Shown here: positions 24,886-34,337 of the stretch, one piece after another
How positions within the stretch are numbered: the stretch's first letter is position 1
Layout: every line of letters starts with the position of its first letter
NCBI GenBank assembly: GCA_035450165.1
Contig: DAOTMI010000002.1
Coordinates: 12,343-72,896 of the forward strand
Length of the DNA: 60,554 nt
Reading direction: 5' to 3'
Origin: Candidatus Woesebacteria bacterium
Lineage (GTDB): Bacteria; Patescibacteriota; Microgenomatia; UBA12405
Made by a program: the position numbers and the translations under genes
Notes under the pieces: generated by a model
What the model saw: the letters and a program-made list of their open reading frames with translations, nothing else
Database searches by the model: none
Told to the model about the DNA's origin: nothing

Positions 24886-26434
24886 AATTTTTCTTATTGC
24901 CGTTTTTTGTTTGGCTTTGTTTATCCGAATTTATAATTATCAATATCCGCCTCTTCTTTGGGATGAGGCTGCGCTTGGCTATAATGCTTATTCACTTTTG
25001 ACAACAGGTAAGGACGAATATGGCCAAACTTTCCCTTTAATTTTTAAATCATTCAACGACTACAAACCAGGGCTTTATGTTTATTTAACCCTCCCTTTTG
25101 TAAAGTTATTTGGTCTTAAAGAACTAGCGGTCCGTCTACCGTCAATTTTAATCGGCTCTCTAATTCCCATCGGGCTTTATTTTTTAATTTTAGCCATTAA
25201 TCCCCAAAATCGCCGGTTAGCTGTCATTGCCGCCCTTTTAGTGGTTTTAAATCCTTTCAATATTCACTATTCTCGAGGAGCCTGGGAAACTAATATTCTC
25301 ACCGGCGAAATGATCTTAGCTGCTTACCTTTTCCTTAAAAATAAATATTTTTGGTCATCAATTACCATTGCCGCCATGCTTTACACTTATCAAGGCGGCA
25401 AATTAATGGCTTTAATTCTAATTTTCATCCTATTAATCAACCAAATTTCAAATCTAACTCAATTAAAAGAATGGCTTTATCGCCATTTTTTCAATTTTAT
25501 TTTTCCTTTAATTATTTTGGCTTTGCCGGTCATCTTTGGTCTCCTTTTTAAATCTGAGGCAAACCGTCTTCGGGTGGCCAGCCTGTTTTCCTATCCCCGA
25601 TCGGCCCAAGAAGCCCAACAGATTATCGCCGAAGGCGGGCAAGTAGATTTTAATCTTTTTCATAATCAATCTATTTACTTTTTAAGAAATTCACTTCTTC
25701 GTTACTTTAATCATTTTTCGCCTGAATTTCTTACTTTTGTTGGTGATTGGCAGAATCCGCGCCATAGCTCTCCCTACACCGGAGTTTTACTTCTGCCTAG
25801 TATTATTTTTCTTATTATCGGCCTTTTAAATTACAGGAAAAAAGACCTATTTTTTCTTCTTTGGCTCCTCTTGGCCCCCTTGGCTTCAGCCCTAACCCGC
25901 GACAGCGTTTCTGCCACCCGGGCCATGTCCTTCTCTATTCCTCTAATTTATTTCACTGCCGCTGGCATCTTAATTTTCCTAAAAAGATTTCCTTACTTCA
26001 CTGTTTATTGTTTACTAATTACTGTTTACTTACTTTCTTTTATTTATTGGGCTGATCTCTATTTTAACCACATGACCAAAACTCACCCCTCCGACTGGCT
26101 GGTTAGCTACAAAGAAGCCATGGTCTATATAATCCAAAAACAGGACCAATATCAAACAGTTACCTTCACCGACTTTTACGGCCAGCCCTACATTTACTAT
26201 CTTTTTTATTCGAAATATCCACCAGCCAAATATCAACAACAAGCCCAATTAATTTCTTCTTCACCAGACGTCGGCCAAATTAAAAAAATAGACAAGATTA
26301 ACTTCGGTCCGGCCAACTTCCCCCCGGTTAATAATTCATTGACTGTTTTTTCTTATGACGAAATTATCCGACAAAATCTTGATTTCAAAAACTTCACTAG
26401 ATTTGGCAACTTCTACGCCTATGAAAACCCATAA
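24875..26434 (+). CDS. GT-C membrane glycosyltransferase (GT39/PMT_2-like), tandem paralog 2 of 3
   Basis: Contains LWDEAALGYNAYSLLTTGKDEYG, FKSFNDYKPGLYVYLTLPF and YGQPYIYYLFYSKYPPAKYQQ. Confidence 0.65.
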   Translation: MKNKIFLIAVFCLALFIRIYNYQYPPLLWDEAALGYNAYSLLTTGKDEYGQTFPLIFKSFNDYKPGLYVYLTLPFVKLFGLKELAVRLPSILIGSLIPIGLYFLILAINPQNRRLAVIAALLVVLNPFNIHYSRGAWETNILTGEMILAAYLFLKNKYFWSSITIAAMLYTYQGGKLMALILIFILLINQISNLTQLKEWLYRHFFNFIFPLIILALPVIFGLLFKSEANRLRVASLFSYPRSAQEAQQIIAEGGQVDFNLFHNQSIYFLRNSLLRYFNHFSPEFLTFVGDWQNPRHSSPYTGVLLLPSIIFLIIGLLNYRKKDLFFLLWLLLAPLASALTRDSVSATRAMSFSIPLIYFTAAGILIFLKRFPYFTVYCLLITVYLLSFIYWADLYFNHMTKTHPSDWLVSYKEAMVYIIQKQDQYQTVTFTDFYGQPYIYYLFYSKYPPAKYQQQAQLISSSPDVGQIKKIDKINFGPANFPPVNNSLTVFSYDEIIRQNLDFKNFTRFGNFYAYENP

Positions 26435-27929
26435 AATATTTTTTATCTTAATTCTCGCTATCGTTCTCCGTTTTCTCTTTATCGGCACTATGCCGGCGCT
26501 TAATCCCGATGAAGCCGCTCTTGGTTATAATGCTTACTCTCTCTTAAAAACTGGTAAAGACGAACATGGTTCATCCTGGCCAATTCACTTTAAATCTTTC
26601 GGCGATTACAAACCTGGGGGCTACGTTTACTTAGCCCTGCCTTTCATTAAAATTCTAGGTTTAACCCCGTTGGCTACTCGTTTACCCAACCTTATTCTCT
26701 CAATTTTAACCATTTATTATTTTTATCTTCTCATCAATCAACTATCAAAGAATGACAATTTAGCCGCCCTTTCGGCTTTGATTCTAACGATATCTCCTTG
26801 GTATTTACATTTTTCTCGAGGAGCTTGGGAAGCTGGAGCTGCCCTGGCTTTTACGGTTATTGGCACTTATTGCTTTTTCAAAAATCAAAAATACCTTTTT
26901 ATTCTTTTCTTCTCTCTATCTCTTTATACCTATCATTCCGCCCGCCTTATCACCCCTCTTCTAGCAATCATTCTTATAATATTAAACTATAAGATAGAAA
27001 TTAGGAATTGGAAAAAATGGCTTTTACCTATTGTCTTCGGGATTATCATTTGTCTGCCGGTTCTGTTCTCCTTCCTTCATCAAGGCGGAGCCAGCCGTCT
27101 AAACGGCGTTGGTTTAGCCGCCGATAAAGGACCATTAAACCGAGCCGAGGAATTATTAAATCAACATGGCAACACTAAAATTTTTAACCGTATTATCCAT
27201 AATAAACGTGTTTTATATCTTTTATCTTGGGGGCAAAAATACGCTTCTCATTTCAATCCTAATTTTTTATTTATCAACGGCGATGAAGTTCCTCGATCAA
27301 AAGTACCGGAAATGGGTCTCCTGTATCTTATCGAACTGCCCCTTCTTATTTACGGTTTTTATCAATCTAAAAAAAGAAACCAATTGAATCTTTTAATGTT
27401 TTCTTGGCTTTTAATCGCCCCGATTGCTTCCAGTTTAACTTTTCAGGCGCCGAGTGCTCTCCGTTCCCTTCCCATGGTTGTTCCATTATCTTACTTTATT
27501 GCCGTGGGTATAATTAACACCCAAAAAGTTTATCCGCCGGAAGGCGGGCGGGCCATTTACTGTCTACTAATTGCCATTTACTTGTTTTCTTTTGCTTATT
27601 ACCTTGACGCCTACTACCGCCATTACCAAAAACGCTGGCCCTTTGCCTGGAATTATGGCTTTGCTCAAATTGTTCCTTACGTTGAATCGCAAAAAAACCA
27701 GTACGATCATATTTTCTTTACTAATAAATTTGACCAGCCATACATTCTCTATTTATTTTTCAGCCAATATCCGCCGGCCCAACTTCAACCCCAAATTAAA
27801 TTAACTCCGCCTGATCAATATGGCTTTTCCACTGTCGATCAAATCGATAACATCACTTTTCATATCCCTCCCGAAAAAGATATTCCGCCCCATTCTTTAG
27901 TCATTTCTGATAAAATGCTCTTACCATGA
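26421..27929 (+). CDS. GT-C membrane glycosyltransferase (GT39/PMT_2-like), tandem paralog 3 of 3
   Basis: Contains NPDEAALGYNAYSLLKTGKDEHG, FKSFGDYKPGGYVYLALPF and FDQPYILYLFFSQYPPAQLQ. I prefer the ATG at 26421 (MKTHKIFF) over 26355. Confidence 0.65.
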   Translation: MKTHKIFFILILAIVLRFLFIGTMPALNPDEAALGYNAYSLLKTGKDEHGSSWPIHFKSFGDYKPGGYVYLALPFIKILGLTPLATRLPNLILSILTIYYFYLLINQLSKNDNLAALSALILTISPWYLHFSRGAWEAGAALAFTVIGTYCFFKNQKYLFILFFSLSLYTYHSARLITPLLAIILIILNYKIEIRNWKKWLLPIVFGIIICLPVLFSFLHQGGASRLNGVGLAADKGPLNRAEELLNQHGNTKIFNRIIHNKRVLYLLSWGQKYASHFNPNFLFINGDEVPRSKVPEMGLLYLIELPLLIYGFYQSKKRNQLNLLMFSWLLIAPIASSLTFQAPSALRSLPMVVPLSYFIAVGIINTQKVYPPEGGRAIYCLLIAIYLFSFAYYLDAYYRHYQKRWPFAWNYGFAQIVPYVESQKNQYDHIFFTNKFDQPYILYLFFSQYPPAQLQPQIKLTPPDQYGFSTVDQIDNITFHIPPEKDIPPHSLVISDKMLLP

Positions 27930-28735
27930 ATCTTTCCGTCACTGTTGCTACTTATAATGAGGAGGCCAATATCGGTCATTTTTTAAACAACGTTAGTGAT
28001 ATCGCTGATGAAATAATTATTGTTGACGGTAAATCAACCGACAAAACAGTTAAAATCGCCCGGGAATTCGCCAGGCGACAAACAACAACTAAAATCAAGA
28101 TTATTATCACTGATAATAAACCCATGTTTCATTTTAATAAACAAATGGGTATTGATGCCTGTCAGGGCAATTGGATTCTTCAATTAGATGCCGATGAACG
28201 ATTAACTCACGAATTAAAAAAAGAAATTTTGGAAATAGCAGGGAAGGATCCTCAAACAGTGGAATTCAACGGCTATTGGCTTAAACGCAAAAATTATTTC
28301 CTCGGTAGTTTTTTAAAAAAGGGCGGTCAATATCCTGATCCAACCCTTAGATTTTATAAAAGGGGTAGGGGACATCTGCCTTGCCGCGATGTTCATGAAC
28401 AAGCAGTTGTTAACGGCAAAGTTGGCTGGTTAAAACATGATTTGGAACATTATGCCGACCCTTCTTTTTCTCGCTATCTCCTCCGAGCCAATCGCTACAC
28501 GACCCTCTTAGCTCAGCAATTAGTTGGCCAAAAAGTACCAATCAATTTTCTCTCTTTTGTAAAATATTATTTTGTTCTGCCCCAAGGATGGTTTTTAAAA
28601 ACTTTTTTCCGCCACCGCGGCTACGTCGACGGTTTTAGGGGATTCGTTTTTTCCTTTTTTTCCGCTCTCCGTTTCCCCATCGCCTACACTAAATACTTCG
28701 AATTAAAACGCAATATTTCCCAAGGGTGGGAATAA
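27926..28735 (+). CDS. GT2 glycosyltransferase (WaaE/KdtX-like subgroup)
   Basis: Motifs LSVTVATYNEEANIGHFLNNVSDIADEIIIVDGKSTDKT and QLDADERL. Confidence 0.7.
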   Translation: MNLSVTVATYNEEANIGHFLNNVSDIADEIIIVDGKSTDKTVKIAREFARRQTTTKIKIIITDNKPMFHFNKQMGIDACQGNWILQLDADERLTHELKKEILEIAGKDPQTVEFNGYWLKRKNYFLGSFLKKGGQYPDPTLRFYKRGRGHLPCRDVHEQAVVNGKVGWLKHDLEHYADPSFSRYLLRANRYTTLLAQQLVGQKVPINFLSFVKYYFVLPQGWFLKTFFRHRGYVDGFRGFVFSFFSALRFPIAYTKYFELKRNISQGWE

Positions 28736-28737
28736 CA

Positions 28738-29754
28738 ATGATCCCCAAAATAAAAATCGGTTTCGTTAGTTCACCTTTAAATAATCAAAATAAAGTTCGC
28801 GGCGTCGGCTATTACACCAAAAAACTTTACGAAAATTTATCCAAAATAAAAACCTTAGAAGTTAATTTAATTAAAAATTGGAATTTAAAAATTGAAAATT
28901 ATGACCTTATCCATTATCCTTTTTTTGATCCTTTTAATTTAACCCTTAAAATTTTTAAACAGCCAACTGTAGTTACGGTTCATGATCTTATTCCTCTTCA
29001 ATTTAAAAAACATTTCCCCGCCGGTTTTAAGGGCAATTTAAAATGGCTGATTCAACTTTATCATCTTCGTCGAGCAGCGGCCATCATCACTGTTTCTCAA
29101 TATTCAAAAAAAATTATTCATCAAATCACTCACATACCTCTCAATAAAATCTTCGTCACTTATCTAGCGGCTGATTCTACTTTTAAACCGATTAATAACA
29201 AGTCTTATCTTCAGGCTATTAAAGCCAAATATCATTTGCCTGATAAATTTGTCTTATTTGTTGGTGATATTAATTGGAATAAAAATATTCCTAGTTTAGT
29301 AAAAATTTGTCAACATTTAAATTATCCTTTGGTCATTGCTGGTTCAGCTGCCGTCCAAAAAAACGTTCCGATTCATCCTTGGACTAAAGATTTACTTTGG
29401 CTCCAACAGCAAAAATACCCTCTTAAATTAGGCTTCGTTCCCGAAACCGAATTACCAGCTTTATTTAATTTGGCCACCATTTATTGCCAACCATCTTATG
29501 CTGAGGGCTTTGGTTTGCCGCCGCTACAAGCGATGGCTTGTGGTTGTCCGGTAATCTGCCGAATGGCTACCAGTTTACCCGAAGTAGTTGGTTCGGCTGC
29601 TTTGCCTTTTTCTATCGATAGTTTTCAAAAATTTTGGCAGGAAAAAAAAATTAGAGAAAAATATATTAAACTTGGACTAGACCAGGCTAAAAATTTTTCT
29701 TGGGAAAAAACAGCCCGGGCGACTATGGAAGTTTATGTCAAAATTAACTCCTAA
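28738..29754 (+). CDS. GT4 glycosyltransferase
   Basis: Motif [31 protein letters not shown] prefer the ATG at 28738 over the GTG at 28726. Confidence 0.7.
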   Translation: MIPKIKIGFVSSPLNNQNKVRGVGYYTKKLYENLSKIKTLEVNLIKNWNLKIENYDLIHYPFFDPFNLTLKIFKQPTVVTVHDLIPLQFKKHFPAGFKGNLKWLIQLYHLRRAAAIITVSQYSKKIIHQITHIPLNKIFVTYLAADSTFKPINNKSYLQAIKAKYHLPDKFVLFVGDINWNKNIPSLVKICQHLNYPLVIAGSAAVQKNVPIHPWTKDLLWLQQQKYPLKLGFVPETELPALFNLATIYCQPSYAEGFGLPPLQAMACGCPVICRMATSLPEVVGSAALPFSIDSFQKFWQEKKIREKYIKLGLDQAKNFSWEKTARATMEVYVKINS

Positions 29755-30490
29755 TCATTTTCTATCCTTAATTGTCCCGGTTTATAAACAGGAAAAGACC
29801 ATAAAAAAAGATATTATACGACTACTTAAAACTCTCGATCAAATCCGCTATCCCTCCGAACTAATCGCCGTCGTTGACGGTATTCTGGTCGACACTTCTT
29901 ATTACATTCTTAAAAAAATAAAAAACCCTAAACTTAAGGTAATCGCGATTAAACGCAATCAAGGCAAGGGTTACGCCATCCGCAAGGGGATGGCTAAGGC
30001 AAAAGGGGATTATATCGCCTTTATTGATGCCGGCATGGAAATTGATCCTAATGGCATTTCCATGATTTTAGAACATATGGAATGGTATAACGCCGATATT
30101 ATTGTTGGCTCAAAACGTCATCCCGCTTCAATTATACAATATCCATTAGATAGGAAAATTATTAGCTTCTGCGCCCAGATTTATGCTCGTCTTTTTCTGG
30201 GCCTAAAAATTACCGACACTCAGGCTGGTTTAAAAATTTTCAAACGCAGAGTTTTGGAAAAAATCTTGCCAAAATTACTAGTAAAACAATACGCTTTTGA
30301 TCTGGAAATTCTAGCAGTTGCTAATCGTCTTGGTTTTAAACGAATTTATGAAGCTCCAATCAAACTTAACTATAGCTTTACTAGTTTAACCCACGCTAAT
30401 AGTTTAAACACCATTTACAAAACCCTAATCGACTCCTTGGCTGTTTTCTACCGCTTAAAAATCCTTCATTACTATGACAAAAAAAATTGA
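29735..30490 (+). CDS. GT2 polyprenyl-phosphate glycosyltransferase-like (DPM1/GtrB-like)
   Basis: Motifs LSLIVPVYKQEKTI, NQGKGYAIRKG, FIDAGMEIDP and DTQAGLKIF. Confidence 0.7.
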   Translation: MSKLTPNHFLSLIVPVYKQEKTIKKDIIRLLKTLDQIRYPSELIAVVDGILVDTSYYILKKIKNPKLKVIAIKRNQGKGYAIRKGMAKAKGDYIAFIDAGMEIDPNGISMILEHMEWYNADIIVGSKRHPASIIQYPLDRKIISFCAQIYARLFLGLKITDTQAGLKIFKRRVLEKILPKLLVKQYAFDLEILAVANRLGFKRIYEAPIKLNYSFTSLTHANSLNTIYKTLIDSLAVFYRLKILHYYDKKN

Positions 30491-31433
30491 TTTTTCGGTC
30501 ATTATTCCAGTCCGAGCTCCCAATAGCTACCTGAAGGAAACTTTAGCTCATTTAAAACAACAAATTTATAAACAATTTGAAGTCTTAGTTATTACCGACA
30601 ATGTTTCTAAAACTCCTAATCCAGCCGCCAAAAGAAATCTCGGCGCTAAAATGGCCAAGGGAAAATATCTTGCTTTCCTTGATGATGATTCATATCCTGA
30701 TCGTTTCTGGTTAAAAAATGCCAAAAAACAATTAGAAAAAAAATCGATTATTGCTGCCGTTGGTGGTCCTTGTCTAACCCCTCCTAACGATAATCCTTTT
30801 CAACAGGCTTCCGGTCTTGTCTGGAGTAGTTTTATGGGCAGCGGTGGGGCCGGTACTTACCGCAATCAAATTGCTCCCAGTCGTTATGTTGACGACTATC
30901 CTTCAGTTAATCTAATTGTTAAAAAAGAAGATTTTGATCAAATTGGTGGTTTTGATCTTACCCATTGGCCCGGCGAAGACACTCTCCTCTGTCTCAACCT
31001 TACTAAAAAACTCAAGAAAAAAATTCTTTATCACCCATCAATTCGGGTTTTTCATCACCGTCGACCGGTTTTTAAACAACATCTTCAACAAATCAGCCGT
31101 TATGCCTGTCACCGCGGTTATTTTGCTAAAAAATACCCTCAAACCAGCGCCCGGATTGGTTATTTTGCCCCAAGTATTTTTCTAATTTATCTTGTCACTT
31201 TGCCTCTCACCAAAGTCTTCTTTCCTCTTTATATTTATTTCTTTCTTCTCGGCCTTACTTTTATAAATTTCCTCACTGAAAATAACGGATTAATCTCACT
31301 CCTGGCAACAATAGCCATCCCTGCTACTCATCTAAATTATGGTTTCTTTTTTCTAAAAGGCTACTGCCAAAAAACTCTCGGCTTTATTCCCCATCCAATC
31401 GATGCTTCAACGGGCCGCTACCTTGGCGGTTGA
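30474..31433 (+). CDS. GT2 glycosyltransferase with C-terminal transmembrane helices
   Basis: Motifs FSVIIPVRAPNSYL and AFLDDDSYP, with a hydrophobic C-terminus (IFLIYLVTLPL...FFLLGLTFINF). Confidence 0.65.
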   Translation: MTKKIDFSVIIPVRAPNSYLKETLAHLKQQIYKQFEVLVITDNVSKTPNPAAKRNLGAKMAKGKYLAFLDDDSYPDRFWLKNAKKQLEKKSIIAAVGGPCLTPPNDNPFQQASGLVWSSFMGSGGAGTYRNQIAPSRYVDDYPSVNLIVKKEDFDQIGGFDLTHWPGEDTLLCLNLTKKLKKKILYHPSIRVFHHRRPVFKQHLQQISRYACHRGYFAKKYPQTSARIGYFAPSIFLIYLVTLPLTKVFFPLYIYFFLLGLTFINFLTENNGLISLLATIAIPATHLNYGFFFLKGYCQKTLGFIPHPIDASTGRYLGG

Positions 31434-31449
31434 TATCAGAAACCTTACT

Positions 31450-31878
31450 TTAACATCCTAAAAAATCAGCCGCGAGATAAACATTACCCTCTTTATCCAG
31501 TTCAAATTTACAATTTGACCTTTCAAAAATACAAGCCAGAGTTGCCTTATTACCTACGACCGATAATTTAATTTTCCCGGCTGTTTCTTTCACTTGTCTT
31601 TTTTTAACTAATTCTTCAATAGTATCTGAAGATGGGGTAATAATCTTTTTGGGTAAAAACAGAATTTTTTGGCCGTCCTGCTTCAATCGACTATAACTGA
31701 CTCCAGCTCGATTAATAACCGGCTGTAGCCGCCAGGAATCAAGCATCGATTGATCGTTCATTACTATCCTAACTGCTACCGGTTCATCCAGTTGACTTAA
31801 TTCAACTAAATGACTCGTTACCACCCCCTTTTCAGAAACCAAACGAGTATGAATCCACCTTATTTCTCTTTCTGCCAT
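31450..31878 (-). CDS. Hypothetical protein of 142 aa with no recognisable motif
   Basis: A reverse-strand ORF starting MAEREIRWIHTRL. A strong promoter occupies 31889..31917, which argues against the longer ORF start at 31917. Confidence 0.45.
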   Translation of the reverse strand: MAEREIRWIHTRLVSEKGVVTSHLVELSQLDEPVAVRIVMNDQSMLDSWRLQPVINRAGVSYSRLKQDGQKILFLPKKIITPSSDTIEELVKKRQVKETAGKIKLSVVGNKATLACIFERSNCKFELDKEGNVYLAADFLGC

Positions 31879-31888
31879 ATATTTTATA

Positions 31889-31917
31889 ATTATAACATAT
31901 TTAAACTTAATTATCAA
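31889..31917 (-). promoter_or_regulatory. Near-consensus sigma70 promoter with an extended -10
   Basis: On the minus strand: TTGATA (31912..31917), a 17-nt spacer, TGtTATAAT (31889..31897), then 10 nt to the ATG at 31878. Confidence 0.6.
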
Positions 31918-31956
31918 GTCGGCTGATTAATTGGCTTATCTTATTTTGCCTTAGAT

Positions 31957-31967
31957 TATAATATAAT
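31957..31967 (+). promoter_or_regulatory. Overlapping -10 boxes for the radical SAM operon
   Basis: TATAAT at 31957..31962 lies 7 nt before the ATG at 31970. A second TATAAT lies at 31962..31967. Confidence 0.4.
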
Positions 31968-31969
31968 TA

Positions 31970-33346
31970 ATGACTGCTGTTGCTATTTCTTATCCGCCGC
32001 TGGAATCAACTAAAGGCCAACCCTTCTTGTCCCAAAACCGTCAATTTCAATGGACCAAAACCAATGATGTTATTTTTCCAGTTATTCCGGCTTCGATGGC
32101 AACTTTGTTAAAATCAAAAGGTTATCAAGTCTATTGGGACGACGCTATTAGTGAAAATATTTCCTATCAAACTTGGCTGAATAGACTCATTCAAAGATCA
32201 CCCGATTTTGTCTTTATGGAAAGCAAAACACCGGTTATTAAAAAGCATTGGCAAATTATCAAAGATGTTAAAAAAAAACTGCCCAAAACCAAGGTAATTT
32301 TAATGGGAGATCATGTTACCGCTCTGCCCAATGAATCTTACCAAAACTCCCCGGTTGATAAAGTTCTTATCGGCGGTAATTATGATTTTTTAGCTTTAGA
32401 ATATCTCACCGGCCAAAAAATAAAACCTGACCTAGAAACCCTCCCTTTAATTGACCGGCAATTATGCCAGTGGCAAAATTATGCTTATCGTAACACTAAT
32501 TTTAAATGCAAACCGGGGGCTTACACGATGTTCGGCCGCGATTGTTGGTGGGGAAGATGCACCTTTTGTTCTTGGGCAGCCCTTTTTCCCGGCAATCATT
32601 ACCAAGTAGTTTCACCATTAAAGGCAATCGAAGAAATTCAATTACTTCAACACCTTGGAGTAAAAGAGGTCTTTGATGATTCAGGCACTTTTCCAGTGGG
32701 GGAGTGGTTAGAGCAATTCTGCCGGTTAATGATTAAGTCCGGCTTAAACAAAAAAATTCAATTGGGAGCTAATATGCGTTTTGGCGCTTTAAGTCAGACT
32801 GAATTTAATTTAATGAAAAAGGCTGGATTCCGCTTTCTCCTTTTCGGTCTGGAATCGGCCAATCAAACAACTCTAAATAAAATCAATAAAAATATTAAAG
32901 TTGATAATGTTATACCCACTTTAACTATGGCTCAAAAAGCCGGAATTAGCAGCCATATCACTATTATGGTTGGTTACCCTTGGGAAAATAAAAAAGATTT
33001 GAATAAAACCCTAGCTTTTTGTCGTAGCATTTTTCGCCAGGGATTGGTCGCCAGTATGCAAGCCACTATTATTGTTCCTTATCCCGGGACACCGCTCTTT
33101 AATTACTGCCGGAAAAATAATCTGCTAACCACCAGTAATTGGAACAAATATGACATGGGTCAGCCGGTTATCAAAACTAAAGTCTCTGCCGATTACCTTA
33201 AACAGTCGGTCCGAAATTTATTCAAGGGAATTATTACCCCCCGATTTATCTTTAACCAAATTACTTCTTTAAAATCATGGGCTGATTTTCAGCACTTACT
33301 TTTTTACACTATTAAATATTTCCAAAAACTAAATGATTTCCGTTAG
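31970..33346 (+). CDS. B12-binding-domain radical SAM protein (class B-like) with a non-canonical Cys spacing
   Basis: The N-terminal block VFMESKTPVIKKHW...VILMGDHVTALPNE...VLIGGNYDF is B12-binding-domain-like. The cluster motif is C-WWGR-C-TF-C at 32543..32569. Confidence 0.7.
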   Translation: MTAVAISYPPLESTKGQPFLSQNRQFQWTKTNDVIFPVIPASMATLLKSKGYQVYWDDAISENISYQTWLNRLIQRSPDFVFMESKTPVIKKHWQIIKDVKKKLPKTKVILMGDHVTALPNESYQNSPVDKVLIGGNYDFLALEYLTGQKIKPDLETLPLIDRQLCQWQNYAYRNTNFKCKPGAYTMFGRDCWWGRCTFCSWAALFPGNHYQVVSPLKAIEEIQLLQHLGVKEVFDDSGTFPVGEWLEQFCRLMIKSGLNKKIQLGANMRFGALSQTEFNLMKKAGFRFLLFGLESANQTTLNKINKNIKVDNVIPTLTMAQKAGISSHITIMVGYPWENKKDLNKTLAFCRSIFRQGLVASMQATIIVPYPGTPLFNYCRKNNLLTTSNWNKYDMGQPVIKTKVSADYLKQSVRNLFKGIITPRFIFNQITSLKSWADFQHLLFYTIKYFQKLNDFR

Positions 33347-34337
33347 CTTTATCATTCCCACTCTCAACGCCGGCAGGGTTTTGGGAAAATGTCTGGCTTC
33401 GATTAAAAAACAAAGAACAAAATATCATTATGAAATTATTATCATCGATGGCGGCAGTGACGATAAGACCCTTAAAATAGCCAAAAAAAACCAAGCTAAA
33501 ATTATCTCCAATCATCTCAAGACGGCTGAAGCCGGCAAGGCCGCCGGGGTCAAAATCGCCCGGGGAAAATACTTAGCCTTCATTGACTCTGATAATATTC
33601 TTCCTAGTCCCAATTGGCTTAACCAAATGCTTCAGCCTTTTTCCGAAAAAGAAATCATCGGCAGTGAACCGATAAAATTTACTTATCGTAAAAACGCTGG
33701 TTTAATCGAAAGATATAGCGCTCTCATCGGTGCTAATGATCCTTATGCCCTAATTACCGGTGTCTATGATCGCTTCAGTTACCTTACCCAAAAATGGACT
33801 GGCCTAAATCTGTCGACAACCGATAAAAGAAAATATTTGAAAATAAAATTGGAAAAAAATAAACTCCTGCCAACTATTGGGGCTAACGGGACTATTTTCC
33901 GCCGGCAACTTTTCCAAAACTTCCGGTCGGATTATTTATTCGACATTGATTTTTTAACATCTCAATTAAAACATCGACATTACCTTTATTTTGCCAAAGT
34001 CAAAACCGGTATTATCCATACTTATTGTGAAAATTCAATTAAAAAGTTTATCCGCAAACAAAACCGCCGAGTAGTTGATTATTTTACCTATCGGCGTCAA
34101 CGCCACTTTAATTGGGATCAAACTAATAAATGGGGAACTATCAAATTTGTTTTCTATACCTTAACTCTTCTTCCTATGATTTATCACCTAATTTTAGGTT
34201 ATAGCCGTCAACCTGACCGGGCATGGTTTTTTCACCCCCTAGCTTGTTTAATTACCCTTTACTGCTACACTATCAATTACCTTCGGTATCAACTTGGTTT
34301 AATTAAACCTTTAAACAGAAATCAATGGCGGCAGTAA
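33333..34337 (+). CDS. GT2 glycosyltransferase with a hydrophobic C-terminal region
   Basis: Motifs VSFIIPTLNAGRVL, IIIIDGGSDDKT and AFIDSDNILP, plus the C-terminal helix FVFYTLTLLPMIYHLILG. Confidence 0.7.
   Translation: MISVSFIIPTLNAGRVLGKCLASIKKQRTKYHYEIIIIDGGSDDKTLKIAKKNQAKIISNHLKTAEAGKAAGVKIARGKYLAFIDSDNILPSPNWLNQMLQPFSEKEIIGSEPIKFTYRKNAGLIERYSALIGANDPYALITGVYDRFSYLTQKWTGLNLSTTDKRKYLKIKLEKNKLLPTIGANGTIFRRQLFQNFRSDYLFDIDFLTSQLKHRHYLYFAKVKTGIIHTYCENSIKKFIRKQNRRVVDYFTYRRQRHFNWDQTNKWGTIKFVFYTLTLLPMIYHLILGYSRQPDRAWFFHPLACLITLYCYTINYLRYQLGLIKPLNRNQWRQ

Noticed and set aside
26355-26420. Longer N-terminal extensions offered by the ORF track (8611, 13459, 26355, 28726, 31917 and 54528).
   Set aside because: The extensions overlap the preceding gene heavily or, for 31917, overlap a promoter. 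They lack family-like sequence, and internal ATGs give the canonical N-termini and short overlaps.
27534-27547. The palindrome CCGCC-GGAA-GGCGG (encoding YPPEGGRA) inside GT39 paralog 3, as a fourth copy of the REP-like element.
   Set aside because: Its sequence is unrelated to the GGCGGACATC...CCCTTT core. The protein is not longer than paralog 2 at this position, and a 5-bp stem is weak. It is probably coincidental.
28355-28385. The YKRGRGHLP peptide, encoded by AAAAGGGGTAGGGGACATCTGCC, which resembles the repeat-encoded GHPLYKRG.
   Set aside because: The two paralogous GT2 proteins (11667 and 13513) align through this region without a gap (RFFKKGHVTW and RLFKREKFKG). It is therefore ancestral coding sequence and not an inserted element.
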